Shown: positions 26,213-39,375 of the stretch, piece after piece
Layout of the letters: the number at the start of each line of letters is the position of its first letter
Position numbering within the stretch: position 1 is the first letter of the stretch
NCBI GenBank assembly: GCA_051362555.1
Contig: CM120648.1
Coordinates: forward strand, 7,622,587 to 7,686,586
Reading direction: 5' to 3'
Source: Lingula anatina
Lineage: Eukaryota > Animalia > Brachiopoda
Length of the DNA stretch: 64,000 nt
The notes under the pieces: model-generated
Told to the model about the DNA's origin: nothing
Seen by the model: the letters and a program-made list of their open reading frames with translations, nothing else
Database searches by the model: none
Position numbers and translations under genes: made by a program

Positions 26213-27017
26213 ATTTTTTAGTTTACTTGAATTTACTGAGAATAGCATTGTTTGGTTAAAAAAAGAGAAAATCTGCGTGATTGGATTGTTTTTACTTTTT
26301 TGTATGCTTTTAGTTTCATTTTTAATGTAGCTCATCTTTTTATTTCTTTATTGATATTATAAGGTGTCTATGTAAGAGATTTGTTTTTTACATGGATTAC
26401 TAGACACACGGTCTTTCAAAAACTAATGAAATATTTCCCAAAGTGTTTCAAATAAGAATATTTTGGGATATAACCATAAAAAGCCTTAAACATTTTTGAG
26501 GACGGAAAATTTTGAAGACACTCGACATGCGAGTAAATAGAATATCTGTGCATTAGTGTTTTCTCTGGTCCTGGCCATTTACGTGGAGAGCATTTGATGA
26601 CAGACAGACAGACAGACAGACAATATGCTGCCGTATGTGATGAACGATTGACAAGATATACGAAGAAACAGGCAATTAAATAAAAAGTTTGAAAAATATT
26701 TCTTTTATATACGTATGAGGTGATAATGTAGTGTGTTCGTCTCTTTCCGTTTGTTTTCGTGTATGTCCGTTTATCTATATAACACGCCCTTTCTCATTTT
26801 GCGGCACATTTGCCTTCTCACGTGTGTTGCATACACTTACAGGTTGACTTGATTGGTTTGTTAGTTATGTTATTTAAAAGTTAAGTTATTATAAGTATAT
26901 TTTTCAGGTTTCCCGTGTGTCGCATACACTTACAGGTCTGATGAATATACCGTCAGTTATTTGAAACACACGTTCTTGAGTCATTCACAAGTCACAGTTA
27001 CTACTGTTAGTATTGTT

Positions 27018-27084
<67 letters not shown>

Positions 27085-27254
27085 GCAAATTTTCCAGAAG
27101 ACGGAGAACTTTTAAATGACCGACTATTTATTTAAAGACATATATGTGAATTTTTTGTGAAAAATCAGTCTGTCGCCCTGGTAGAGGGTACTGTAGTGGT
27201 ATGTCTGTCTATTGTATGTATATACGCATGTCCCATGCTCATCAAGAATGTATC

Positions 27255-30141
27255 TCAGTGCAGAGCTCGCCGACATCTGTATGCCAGGTAGTACCAAGGA
27301 CTATGACTGAACTCTGCCGGGGCCCTGTACGTCTGTATATTTACCCTAGGGTTGAGTTTAGAGTGCTTGCTATACAGCGTGTAGATCACTTGCTGGTCTG
27401 TGCTCATCAGGACTGAAAAGAAAGGAAAACACGATGAACAAAAAAAAAAAAAAATAATAAAAAAATAAATAAATAAGTAAAAAATAATAATAATAACTTG
27501 TTAACTTTTCTTTTCTTTATCAGATAAACGGTATTTCATTGAAGAGACCGTATATTGGATTTAATTTTTATGGTAGGGTTTTGCTTATGCAGTACAATAA
27601 TACCATAGCGTGAAATTACTACGACTTCTAAAAGTAACTTTTACATGATGTGAAAATAAATGGAACGGCATGCAACTTCTCCAAAGACCTCAGTCAATTA
27701 AAGAAGTATGCGTTAAAAGGTAAATGTACCAGATTTCTTTTAGTTTTTAATTCTTTGCAGAGATCTTTAACAAGTACGATACTTAGGAATGATAATTTTT
27801 TAGCTAACTAGCAGAATTAAAGTTATATTATTAATCCCTGTCCTACATTTATAATAATTGTTCTATTCTAATTGCTACGTTCAATTAATGAGTCTGTATT
27901 ACATATCGAAATGGCAACACTACTTGTAATGGCCAGAGTACAATATAGTAATTCTTGCAATTTTCGCGTTCATGGTAGGGGGAGGGGGTCAACTTAAATA
28001 ATTTTACACTGTTTGTCTTACAGTGTTTAATCATCCAGTGCACGCCACGCCGGTAGTCAGTACACAATGTCTGCACTGCCTCGACCCGCCCAATAAAAAA
28101 CGCCCCAACTACCCACACCATATCCAGATACACGATGTTCCTTGGGGTTGGATTTGAATTGGCCTCGATCTCGGTATAAGCCACGTGGCCGTCAATGACG
28201 TCATTGGGTATGCCAACTTCAAACCCTTCTCCTGGAAAAGAGGAAACCTTCAGTACATTTGCTACCTTAAAAGCATGTCACATGATGTAAAATGTATAAA
28301 ATGGATTCAGAGTTATGTCTTTCTAAAATTTTGATAAAACACTTTAGCAGTTGTCGTAAATATATAGACAAAATTAAGCGCTATGTCACTGCAAGAAGAT
28401 AATAAATTACACCTTCTTCGTTTCTCCATATGCCAAAATCCATCCAACACACGTGGGTTGTGCGCACGCGGCCACTTTTGATGGCGTCAGCCATAACTTC
28501 ATATTTGGCGTGCATGGCCACTGAATAATTGGCGTTGATCGTCTGCGGGTGGTACTTAGGGTACCCGACTTGATTAAAAATCGCCTGGATTCTAGGTCTA
28601 AGCCCAAACGCCCAAGAGTCATTTATATTCATTATGATAACATCTGTTTGTAAAGACGGTTGATATGAGCGTCGGAAGAACGTAATTTGTTGTGCTATTT
28701 CTGGCGAATTTGTGTAGAAGATTAAAGGGTTCCGGACCATGGCGATTTTCCCAGCGTTCTGTTGGTAGAAATCCTCCCTACGCAGCAATGTCCCCTTGAT
28801 GAAATTACCCAGGCTAAAAAACGCGGTGACAACGGTGACATTTTTGACGTGTTCGACGGGAAGTTGAATGTCACCAGATCTCCTCTGAAAAGATTCTCCT
28901 TTACTGAGAAATTTTCTAATTGCTATGTCCTTTTTATTAGTTCCGGGTTCCTTACATCGTTGCTCCAGACTCCCATATACCAAGAAAAAGAGTATCTGAA
29001 AATATACGTTTATCTTAATTCACTGATCATCCCCACATTAAACAAAATGTCTGCGTCACTGACTCAAATAAACACTTTTTATGGAATACCACTAATAAAA
29101 GATTAATGCATATTTGCAAACCGGCCGTATACACATATAATATGGTTTCAGATATTCTAAGGTCCTTCCGTTTTTATCTGTTTTAGAAATACATTAGGCT
29201 TATAATGAAAATGAAGTGGATTACCCGATGGTCAAATTAACTTAATTGTTTGTCGGGCAGACGTGGTGATGCACGCAATAAAACAGCACTATTGCTTTCT
29301 ATGGATATTTATCGTCGAGTTTGAAACAGGGAGGTCATTAATTATATTGCAAATCATTTGATTACGGCAATCACATGAAGGTACATGCAGGTCAAGAGTG
29401 CTAATAGACTGGAGCTATGTGGGCGTGATTATGTACTGGTTATCCGAATGGGCATGCCGTTTATTCGCCTGAACACATTGTAATTAATCGATTTGGTCAA
29501 CTATGGCGACCGTCAGTTTATTTTGCCCCCCAAAAAGCACAAAACAAACAGTTATATAAATCGCATTTACTTATATACTATTAGAATCGGCGGAGCTTAA
29601 AGATGGATAGCTTGTATATAAAATGATGTTACGAAGATATAAACTTAAGTCCACTGTGAATTTATTAAAATGCCCCATTGCCGGACAGGGAATGTTTCAA
29701 AAGTGAATTTATTTTTGAACAAGTGAATACACTTGAGATAATGCTTTAACTATCCAAGATTGAGACTTTACTGTTTGACAAAAAGAAAACTAACTTATGT
29801 CCAATACACCACTGTAACCTTTAAATATCTTGCACCCCATTTCCATAGATTTTTAGATCGATCTATCCCTGTGGGGAGTCTCACTAGATTACTGTCAGCT
29901 TGGCCGGCTTAAGCGTCTGTCCCGCCTACTAAAAGCTGTAAGGGGGTAATTAACTATGGTGCCCGCTCGACTGACTGCAATTTAGCGTGAACCCCCAGGG
30001 ACTTAGGTCGATCTAAATCTTAATCTTTAGATCGATCTAAATCTCTGGGAAAGCACCCTTGGTTCCTACCGTTATTAGTAATAACGCTCTGATGAGGCTA
30101 CCCAGGTAATTGCGTGGGCAAACTATTCCACGCCAATCCAT
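27255..30141 (-). CDS. HtrL/YibB-family type II membrane protein, 340 aa; complement(join(27255..27412,28022..28231,28413..28995,30070..30141))
   Basis: N-terminal anchor MDWRGIVCPRNYLGSLIRALLLIT|ILFFLVYG. Motifs VTVVTAFFSLG, NPLIFYT, YSVAMHAKYEVM, WMDFGI, VVGAFFIG and STDQQVIY resemble the HtrL_YibB family (recalled). GT-AG introns in compatible phases; possible 5'UTR exons extend to 30424 and at 32160-32258. Confidence 0.8.
29836..30050 (+). mobile_element. MITE family M3, copy 2 (in an HtrL-like intron)
   Basis: High similarity to 23355-23552 and 55820-56025. Confidence 0.8.
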
Positions 30142-30441
30142 TGGCTGTTTCTTCTATTTGTGCATCCAGATGCCAGGTGCCGTTGATGGTTTTATTTGGC
30201 GCTGAAAAAAAGTGCGTTACTGCAACAAATACAGGTAGGTCCTTGTTGTTTTCTTGACTATTTTCTAATTTATGAGGAGATACAATTACCACGTTAATTT
30301 GACAAACTGCTTGACTGCTCAGGCTGCGAGATGTTCACTGCGTAATTAATGCCATAATGGGAACTAATGTCTCTTTGGTCCATGATGGTCCAAGCGATGC
30401 TGGTCTTAGCTTCCGATAAGTATCCTGAAAATGATAGTTAT

Positions 30442-30989
30442 AGAGCGCATTCTCAACGAATTAAGCCAGGCTTTACAAAGCCGGTGACCTAAAAATGGCG
30501 GACGTACATGAAAGAAAGACCGCCTAATCTTTTAATAGTCTCTCCGCCTCCCCACACGTCGTCCCTGCGGGGTACAGTAATTAAATCTCGACTCCGTTCG
30601 CCATGCGGAAGCTACCTGAGAAATATTAAGTGCGCATGCTCATCAGTTAAACTCGTGGTGAAGAAAGCATGGCGGCTGAAGGCGATCGAAGGAAAAAAGC
30701 TCTTCTGTTCTATTATCTTTGAAAACAGAGACGAAAAAGGAATAATTTGGCCCGTAGAGCAGCAATGAATCGACTATCTACGGAGATAATATCACCAGAG
30801 ATATTCACGGAAATATTAATGTTCGGAGCCGAGATTTAATTACTGTACCCCGCAGGGACGACGTGTGGGGAGGCGTGTGAGAGGCGGAGAGACTATTAAA
30901 AGATTAGGCGGTTTTTCTTTCATGTACGTCCGTCATATTTAGGTCACCGGCTTTGTAAAGCCTGGCTTAATTCGTTGAGAATGCGCTCT
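30442..30989. mobile_element. Long-TIR foldback MITE
   Basis: Near-perfect ~150-bp inverted arms: AGAGCGCATTCTCAACGAATTAAGCCAGGC... / ...GCCTGGCTTAATTCGTTGAGAATGCGCTCT. Confidence 0.85.
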
Positions 30990-31725
30990 GTGACATGATA
31001 AGCATGAGTCAATACTGCTTGCGATCAAAAGTGATTATGCTTACGACACAGGTGAGTTAAAAACTGCAGGGTTCCTTTTGAGATTATTGGGTTGCAAGGT
31101 CCGTAGCCTATCAGGTTTGGAAATCATCCGAGATGGTTTGAAATGAGGCTGTCAGTACGACATGCGAATCTGGCAGAGGTGCTATGCAGAATTAACTTTT
31201 CGGCGACAAGGATAAAAATCAGTGCACTGGGATTGCCGTCAATAGTATTCGTTCCTAACTCTCAGTCTTTTTACATTGTGTCCGATGAAAACCGGACCCT
31301 TTTGCAGATTTACTTTCCAATTGTCAAGCTTTGAATAAAGGGATGACGGGACTTAAAGAGGGTCATTACAGCAAAAAGTTAAGATTTCAGTCCTGTCACA
31401 CATTTTTGTGTCATTCACACATTTTATATTATATTTGCATAACTGTTTATATAACGTTTTAACAGTGTTACATTGTGAGTGTTACACACATTGCTTATAT
31501 CTACATTATACATATAATGGTTTGCAGCAAAAATATGAGGGCAAGTCAAAAGTACACAAGTATAAAGTGTGTTCATAATGAGGCTATCATACTAGCTACT
31601 GCCCATTAACTCCAATGGGACTTTTGCTTAATGTAATCAGATTAACAGGTAAGCACGCCTCCTCCTGGCTTTGTGTAGAACACAGAAAGGCTTGTCTTAA
31701 TACTAGATGGAAACAAGAGGAGGGG

Positions 31726-31979
31726 TAGGGGAGACCGGGGCTAGTTGAACCCCGGGGTAAGTTGCCCCCCCCCCCCATCAAGTCTCTTTAATAAAATTAC
31801 TTTAGGATGCTTAATTATTTCATTTGGACTCACTGCTGACGCTTTCTTAGCACTATTGGATACGGTCACTTTACAAAATGATGTGATCATATTCTTTTAC
31901 CACATAGTTACCGGTACTTTGTCATAAATTGATGGGGGGCCAACTTACCCCGGGGTCCAACTAGCCCCGGTCTCCCCTA
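31726..31979. mobile_element. TA-flanked MITE (Tc1/mariner/pogo-like) nested in an M2 copy
   Basis: TAGGGGAGACCGGGGCTAGTTG...CAACTAGCCCCGGTCTCCCCTA with ~40-bp TIRs; the flanks rejoin to resemble the M2 copy at 56150-56190. Confidence 0.8.
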
Positions 31980-34900
31980 TTAATCGGTCAATATGATTGC
32001 ATTAAGCAAGAATCCTTGTGGAGTGAGTGCGCAGAACCTAGTACGATAGATTCATTGTGAACGCATCCTTAAACAAAAGGTGTGCGTGATTGGCTTGGCT
32101 CAAAGGTTCACTTTTTGTGGAATGAAACAAGGACAATTTAAAGCTCTGTGGCAACTTACTTGCATATAGACCCGATATCATAGTGGCGACTATACTGTAT
32201 TATCAGACCGAGCCTTTTCTCCACGCACAGATTCCCTCCAGCTTAGCTTCCCCAGCAACTGAAAAAATAACAAAAAATCTAAATGTTTTGGTGCATAGTT
32301 CACGGTCATATGAATAAAACTCCAGCCTGGATCGAGAGTCAACTATGCCCCAGTGGAACTAGGTTAATTTACCTGTGGCTAGAAAAGCTTTCAGCGTAAC
32401 AACGTGTGCTGAAATGTTATCCTTTTTTTTTGTACTTGACCATCTTACCATAACGTGTGCGAGCCGATAATGACGCCAATTGCTGACCGACTTTAACTGC
32501 TGTCAGCCAAGTCCGATCCAATTGCGTCGACTCGATAAAGAATGGTGGACGTTTACGTCCGATTGGACTGCAATTCGAAAGGTATGTGATGGACTAAGTC
32601 AACCCCATAAAAGTATTTATTATACATTTGGGAAATAATTAGATGTCATTCGAGAAGCGGAAGTTATCTACAATCAGTAACCAGCCCGGCAACTTTTTTG
32701 ACAGAAGAGATAAAGACGCGTATAGCCAGGGGCACATATTTCACAAAACAACCTAAGGATTTTAAATATGAAAGTAGTTTCCCAGGAGGAGCTAACAAGT
32801 CTTCTTCAAGACTGAGGTAATGAACAGGCAATTCAGTTTAAAATTCAGTTGCTACATGTACATGTACCAAGTCCGTAGGAGTGAACAGAAAAAACTGTCA
32901 ACGGGTAAATCAAATATGTCGTAAAAGAAAATCTTCAACTTATTTAAGTTGTAAGTCCTCGTTTACACTACTTAACTGTGATAGCTAAGCTGACTAATTA
33001 AATAAATCCATTTATTATGTCAGTACTGGCACTGTCAGCGGGTGGAGTGGGGGGGGGGGGGGTGCGCAGGAAAAGTGTCAACAGGTTATATACGGCGATT
33101 TAATCTATCTCGACCACCGTACTTGCAGCACAGAGGCCTATATGTGATACGTATAGCTATGGGTGTCCATCTGTACCATGGTAAGCGTGCATTGTTCAAA
33201 TTTAATTTAAAAAAACATTAAAAAATGACATAAAAAACACAGGGTAAGTCACTGATATTCTAAGGAGTCGAAGTGCTATTTCTGTACCACATTTTTATTC
33301 AACATTTCACATCAATCATCATGTATGCTTTATCTCCGGCAAGTTGGCAATCACATGTTATTTTACACCCTGAAAGCTGGTGTATGTTTTGTCTTTTCGC
33401 CTTAGTTATCAAGTATGATTAAAGACTAGCGCATGTTAATTTGGCCAGTTTTGCTCAAAATCTGTCATAATTTCTACTTTGCATACCGGTCATCAACCAT
33501 GTGGCAAAATGGTTAGTCCAGCATGGCGTGGTTCCCGACCGTCTTTTCTATTTTAATTGTCGAAAAATTTAACTGGCTTTGCCAGTGGTAAAAGTCGATC
33601 AGTGTCTCAGTCTAAAGTGTTGGTCATGCTGACGTAGCCCATCATATGACTGCATGTATGATTATCATATTATTATTTTTTTTTTCAATTTTATTTTACT
33701 TAAGTATTAGCGGCACCCCCTAAATTGGATATGTGACGTGTTTTACTCCTATTCTCTATGCTGTATATATATGTAGTTTTTGGAAGTGTTTGATATATGA
33801 CTGAATACATTCCATCCTCGTAGGCCTAGGCGGAGGGGTTCAGAGTTTGGGGGTGGGGTAAAGAATTATGGTAAACATTGTGGCCGGAAGCAAATTGTCA
33901 TCAAGGTTGTATGTCTTTTCTAAAATTGGGTCAGCTAAGCATGAAGAAAGATTCACTTTTTTCAGAAAAGAAAACTCGCTTTGAATTGTATACGTTAATG
34001 ACGTTGCTCTGAACGGGAACCGGTTGCGAAAGTATGGCTGGAAGATTTGATGCCTGTGTGCGGTAGTTCTGAAATTGATTGCATTGGAGGGGCTATCCTA
34101 ACTACAATCTCTAAGCTTTGTCATTTCCGACTCAAATTTAAATTATTGATAATTACAACATAAATGACTTCATCTCTATCCCATAACTGAGTTCATCTCT
34201 CGTGTTTTAATATTTTACAATGACATCCTGTTTGGTAAATTGACAGAAGTATTAATTGTGAGGGAAAGCATAAATTTGACAAAACTATTTTCACTGACAT
34301 AGAGAACAAAACTTATTATCCCTGTAAATCATCCGCTAAATAGCCCTTTTCCTACCCATGCCATGCTTAATTCGAAACAAGAAATAAATGAAATAATATG
34401 TTATCACTCTTAAAATAAAAGTGAAACAACGTGATGTTAATCTCGTTTTGTCCTCTCACATACTTATTTTGAACACACGACGGCAGATTGTCCAGAATTC
34501 AATTTACCATATTTCGAATTAAATTGTTCGTCTTGTGAGAAAATACTACAATGAATTTATTTCTAATTTAATATCTGACGTTCCCGGTTGGGGAATGATG
34601 AAGACCCACATTCAAGTATTTAACCTTCACTTTGTCTGGCTGCATAACAACGAGAATAAAAATTAAATGGATGTTGTAACTTGGGGATTGGCAAATTCGT
34701 TAAATTGGTTAAGTACCTTGGAACCGGCGAGATAAAGTTTGCCAAGGGTTCCAGTTTCATGTATTAATTCTCGTTTTTATTTATGGATATTTTAATAGAT
34801 CAAGATATTGTTTTAGAATGACTACAGATGTACTAACAGGCAAAAAATGTTCATTAATAACAGGGACAATGCAATGATACAAGACTATATACACGTACAT

Positions 34901-35155
34901 ACCTAGAGATGTTATGTGACCGTGGAGATTCTTAATTTTGTTTTAGGGGTATTTTTCGGTGAAATGTAGACATTTTATCTAAGTTTGTACAGGTATGTCA
35001 CTGCCAACTCTCGTAACACGTGCATTGAACATGTACACCTCTTGCAGTCGTTCGAGGTGTTCTGGCATATTATATAACTCACGTGACAGTGTATTATTTA
35101 TTACACAACAAGTTTGGTTTGACAGAAAACTTGCGTTTGGATTACGGTTATTATA

Positions 35156-35364
35156 CCCCCTTTACACTGGACGGCGTCCTTTCTGCGACCATGAAATTTG
35201 GCATCGCTGTGGTCTTAATTAGGAGGCACGAGCATTAATTTTGTATCAGAATGAATGCTCAATGATCAGCCAGTTGTCGGCACGTAAAATATTATAATTT
35301 TTTAACTCTCAAATGGGGCCGGACTGCTGGACGCAGAAAGGACGCCGTCCAGTGTAAAGGGGCC
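35156..35364. mobile_element. Tourist/PIF-Harbinger-like MITE
   Basis: TIR CCCCTTTACACTGGACGGCGTCCTTTCTGCG / CGCAGAAAGGACGCCGTCCAGTGTAAAGGGG, with TTA nearby. Confidence 0.75.
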
Positions 35365-36492
35365 CTTAGTGCGAGAACGGATTGAGTCTAACATCTTCAT
35401 GTATATGACAATGTGCTTGAAGAATCAGTTCCATGCGACCTAGCACAGGCGATAACCATATGGGCATCGCCTGTCTGAGGTTTGTAGGCCTACGGGTGGC
35501 ATGAATTGTCCAGCATGTCCAGATACCGTCAACGCGTACACTACATGTGTATGTATATACTCAGTATAATATAAAGCAGAAACAATTACCCTGTGCGCAA
35601 AATGTGTGGGTCACCACTCAATCCAATGAAAAGGCGAACCCCTATACATACAATATAGCTCAGCGAATTAGGGCTCATTCCCAATGAAACAATCGATCTA
35701 CGTAGATCGATCCAACCTCGGGGAGACTCTCGCTGAATGCAATCAGTTTGACAGATTAACACGCCTCCTCCTGGCATTGAAAAAAAACCCCATAGAAGCT
35801 GGTGATTATACGAGTACATTGGAATACTAGATAGTTCGCACTGACTCAATATGAACGGCCCCTAAACCAAAGCGACCTAGCTGGTTGGCGGTCAGCCGAG
35901 CTTGACAAAGGTTCGGAACAAAGACTGTATAAAATACAGACTAGCTGCCTTTAAGGCGGAGTGTCCATGTTGGTCAAAATTGTTCTGTGTGAGACTCCAT
36001 TGCACCATTGACGCCGGTGATTACCTCATTTATTCACTTCCTCGCCTATTCAACGTATGGAAATGAAGTCGCTTTGTCACTCGATCGCCGAGACCACTGT
36101 AGTGGGATGTGGCCTTGTCCGTACACATAGCCTATTTAACGCGTCTCACCTGTTGCTCATCTTTATTTCAAAAGTTTGTGGTAAACGGTGATTGACAGAC
36201 GTCTTTCACAACAAGTAGGTTAAAATTTTTTCATTATATACGTTGTAAACATGTTTCTCTACATGTTTGGGGACTATTGATCGACATAAAGGTTGACACG
36301 AAGCCTTTGCTCTCTATTATTTTCAGACTCAAAAGATTCAATAACAAATGTGAAGGTGTTCAAATCCATTAACAGAAATACGTACTGCCTCAAACGCTTT
36401 TTCTCATTTACAACAGGTCTAATCAATCAAAGATTTAATTTTTTAGCATGCTATAATAATATTTTGATTCGGAATATATTTACGATTTTATT

Positions 36493-36562
<70 letters not shown>

Positions 36563-38466
36563 AGGCAGAAGCAAAGTTAACGTATGTTAACGTTTTTATT
36601 TCTAAATCAAAAAGGAATAATGTAGCTTATGAATTTCTCCGTCACTGAAATGCTCCCTTTGTGTTTATTGATGTCATCATCCCATTATGACTGTAGCTGA
36701 GTACTCCTCATTTGCCCAATTATACCATCCACGTATTGCTGGGCAGTGAAGCAACGGAGCGTTACTTGGGCTTAGTTAAGACGATCATTTTTTTGTCTTG
36801 GTGCAACGGGCGTAAACAGGGAGAGAAAACCTGGCACACGGACGCCAGGCGTTGCGGTTTACGACGGTCGTATCCGAGGCCCCGTTGGTGCAACCGGGTC
36901 CTGGAGCTTAGGGGATGCTGTCGCGTGATTGGGAATTGTAATCACCTGAGAGCAGGGTGTTGTCTGCCGGAGGGTGGGTTGGGGGGAGTAGTGTCAGTTA
37001 TTAACTTGGTTTAGGGTGCAGGCATTCTGTTTGATATGGATCTCCCCTCTCACGCCCTGCTAAAACATGGGGTTTTAAGAGTTGCATTTAATTTATGACA
37101 CTTACCAAGGTGTTGGACCATGTATAATTACACTGCAATAGCATGTAGCATAAGTGATGGCACTTTGGGGTGCTGCTGCAGTTTAAATGCGCAAAACACA
37201 CAGAAAAAGTATTATCACAAAAATCACACAAAAATTATAAAGATACATTTTACGTAATTTTGGGGGGCCTACCACATTTGATAATAATGTTGCTAGCGGA
37301 TAACCCAACCCCTAAATCTTCTTTCTGTCTTACCTTAGGGGGGGAGAGTAGATTCAGTTTTTCCCTAGGCGTCCTAAAGCAGCTGATAAACTCAACTCAC
37401 TCTCCACATCCCACTTTATGCAAATTTTTTTAAATATATGATTTAATTTTGAAAAGACAGATGTGTTTATCTCTAAATTTGTGAAATTTCATTGTTGGTT
37501 GATTAAATAGCTAATTTACCAGAACCATTAAGCGTGGTGCACTCTATTAGCTGTTGTAGACTGTTTTTCATACAGGTTAACTTCTTAACAACAAGATATG
37601 GAATTCATCTACTAGTTATGGGCCAAATATTGAATAGAATTTTTTTGGGGGAAGGTACGGTATTAGGTACAAGTTTAGACTCAGGTTTTTGATACCCGCT
37701 CCTTTGAATTTCTTGGTCGTCGGACCTAATTGTGAGTTTTGCTAAGTGTTGGTTTTTTTTTCTTTTTTCTTTTTGATATAGGTACAGCTATGTACCCGTC
37801 CACTGTAAAGGGATATTCAAAACACATAACCGATACGTGTGCCATAATCCGTTATATCCTTTCTAGTTCTCTATAAAACAAAGCTTTGTAATGCCTGCCA
37901 AATGCTTCATTTCATTTTCGAGTGAGAACAATTTCTTTGTGATTGATGATAACATGTAGTGTTATAAAGATAACTTAAGTTGCCCAACGGTTTCTCAAAA
38001 TGACAGCCAGACTGATAGACACATTTTTGAATTCTTCAGCAATCCTTTGGAGTGGAGTTCGCTTGACCTTAATGTGCCACAGAGCTTACCGATCCGAGAA
38101 TAAGACTCCGCTGCCAGACAAATCAAGATTCAACGATTTAAGTACACTAATTGGCGTACACACGGATCAATGTTAAAGGGTAAAATACTAAAGTTGGTTG
38201 GAAGACGCACCAAGACAAAATGATGCAATGATTTAAGTCTGGAGATTCAAGATTTGACGACACAAAGATTAGAGCAGGCGTACAGTCAGTTCCAGCTTGA
38301 AAAATTAAGGACTAGGGTAATCGTACCAACGTGTCAAAATTAAGATTGTTTTGGATACGACAGACGTTTTCTCGACAACGGAGTGCCTCAAAGTGATGTA
38401 CAATTCTACATGATTGTAATACCAGTGTGACCGAACTCTTTTTATCTTCGAGCCAAGTATCATAGT

Positions 38467-39141
38467 ATGATTTGCAGGCCTTATTTACGGTACAGATTAT
38501 TCACCCTTCGATGGATCACCATTCTTGTAGTCTTCTTCACAAACGTGTTGATATTTCAGCAAATGGTTCCGCACTTCAACGAGGACTGTTACCTAACCGA
38601 TGTTAAAATCAAGGCCTTAGAAAGAGCAATCACATACGTAATAGAAGAATACGAGCGCTTAAACCAGACCTATTGGCTTGACTTTGGTACTCTCCTGGGG
38701 GCACATCGACACGCGGGTATTCTGAACCACGACGCCGACGGAGACGTCAGTCGCCTTGTTCCGCCATCTTGGACGGACGAAGCCGAGAGAAACTTCATCG
38801 CGGAGCTAACGAAGCGCCTTACCCGTCGTGGATGCACATTTGAACAGGATCGTTCCATTACTTGTCAAGGTGCACATGTTGATTTAGGCCGATGGAAAAA
38901 GGATACATCTGAGACGTATCTGTACCGATACTATCCCCCATACACTTTTATCCTGAAACCTTTCACCCTCCTCCCGGTCGACTTGACCCTTCCGACGAAA
39001 GCTGTGCGTTTCCTTGGGAGGAATGTTCAAGGTCCAGCCAAGGTGAATGAGTTTTTGACTTTCCGGTACCCCACCCAGAAATATATGACTCTGCCGTACA
39101 AGTGGAAGTGCGCCTTTGACAGACGTCAGAAAACACATTGA
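38467..39141 (+). CDS. LicD/fukutin-FKRP-family nucleotidyltransferase-fold phospho-ligand transferase, type II membrane, single coding exon
   Basis: TM segment WITILVVFFTNVLIF; family motif YWLDFGTLLGAHRHAGILNHDADGD, then VDL and a C-terminal FLG...P....FLTFRY. Confidence 0.85.
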   Translation: MICRPYLRYRLFTLRWITILVVFFTNVLIFQQMVPHFNEDCYLTDVKIKALERAITYVIEEYERLNQTYWLDFGTLLGAHRHAGILNHDADGDVSRLVPPSWTDEAERNFIAELTKRLTRRGCTFEQDRSITCQGAHVDLGRWKKDTSETYLYRYYPPYTFILKPFTLLPVDLTLPTKAVRFLGRNVQGPAKVNEFLTFRYPTQKYMTLPYKWKCAFDRRQKTH

Positions 39142-39375
39142 TTGTTTCTTCTCTGCGTCTTTGTACAATCATAAAAGTAATAATCAAATGAGGGCATAAT
39201 TCAAATCGAGGGGTCCAAGGTTTTCCTGTTTGAAAGCAAACAAAAATTTTCCTGTTGACTGGTTTGAATATATTGGATAGAGAACGCTCATGATCGCCTA
39301 ATTACATAAGATAAGCAGACTAAATAACGTTAATTTTAACGAATCTTGAACTTAGGTCAGCAATTGCAGTTGAGA

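Noticed and set aside
30098-30424. Minus-strand frame with an in-frame TGA (30335-30337) as a selenoprotein
   Set aside because: No recognisable homology or SECIS element; the region is best explained as 5'UTR of the HtrL-like gene, whose ATG (30141) is in another frame.
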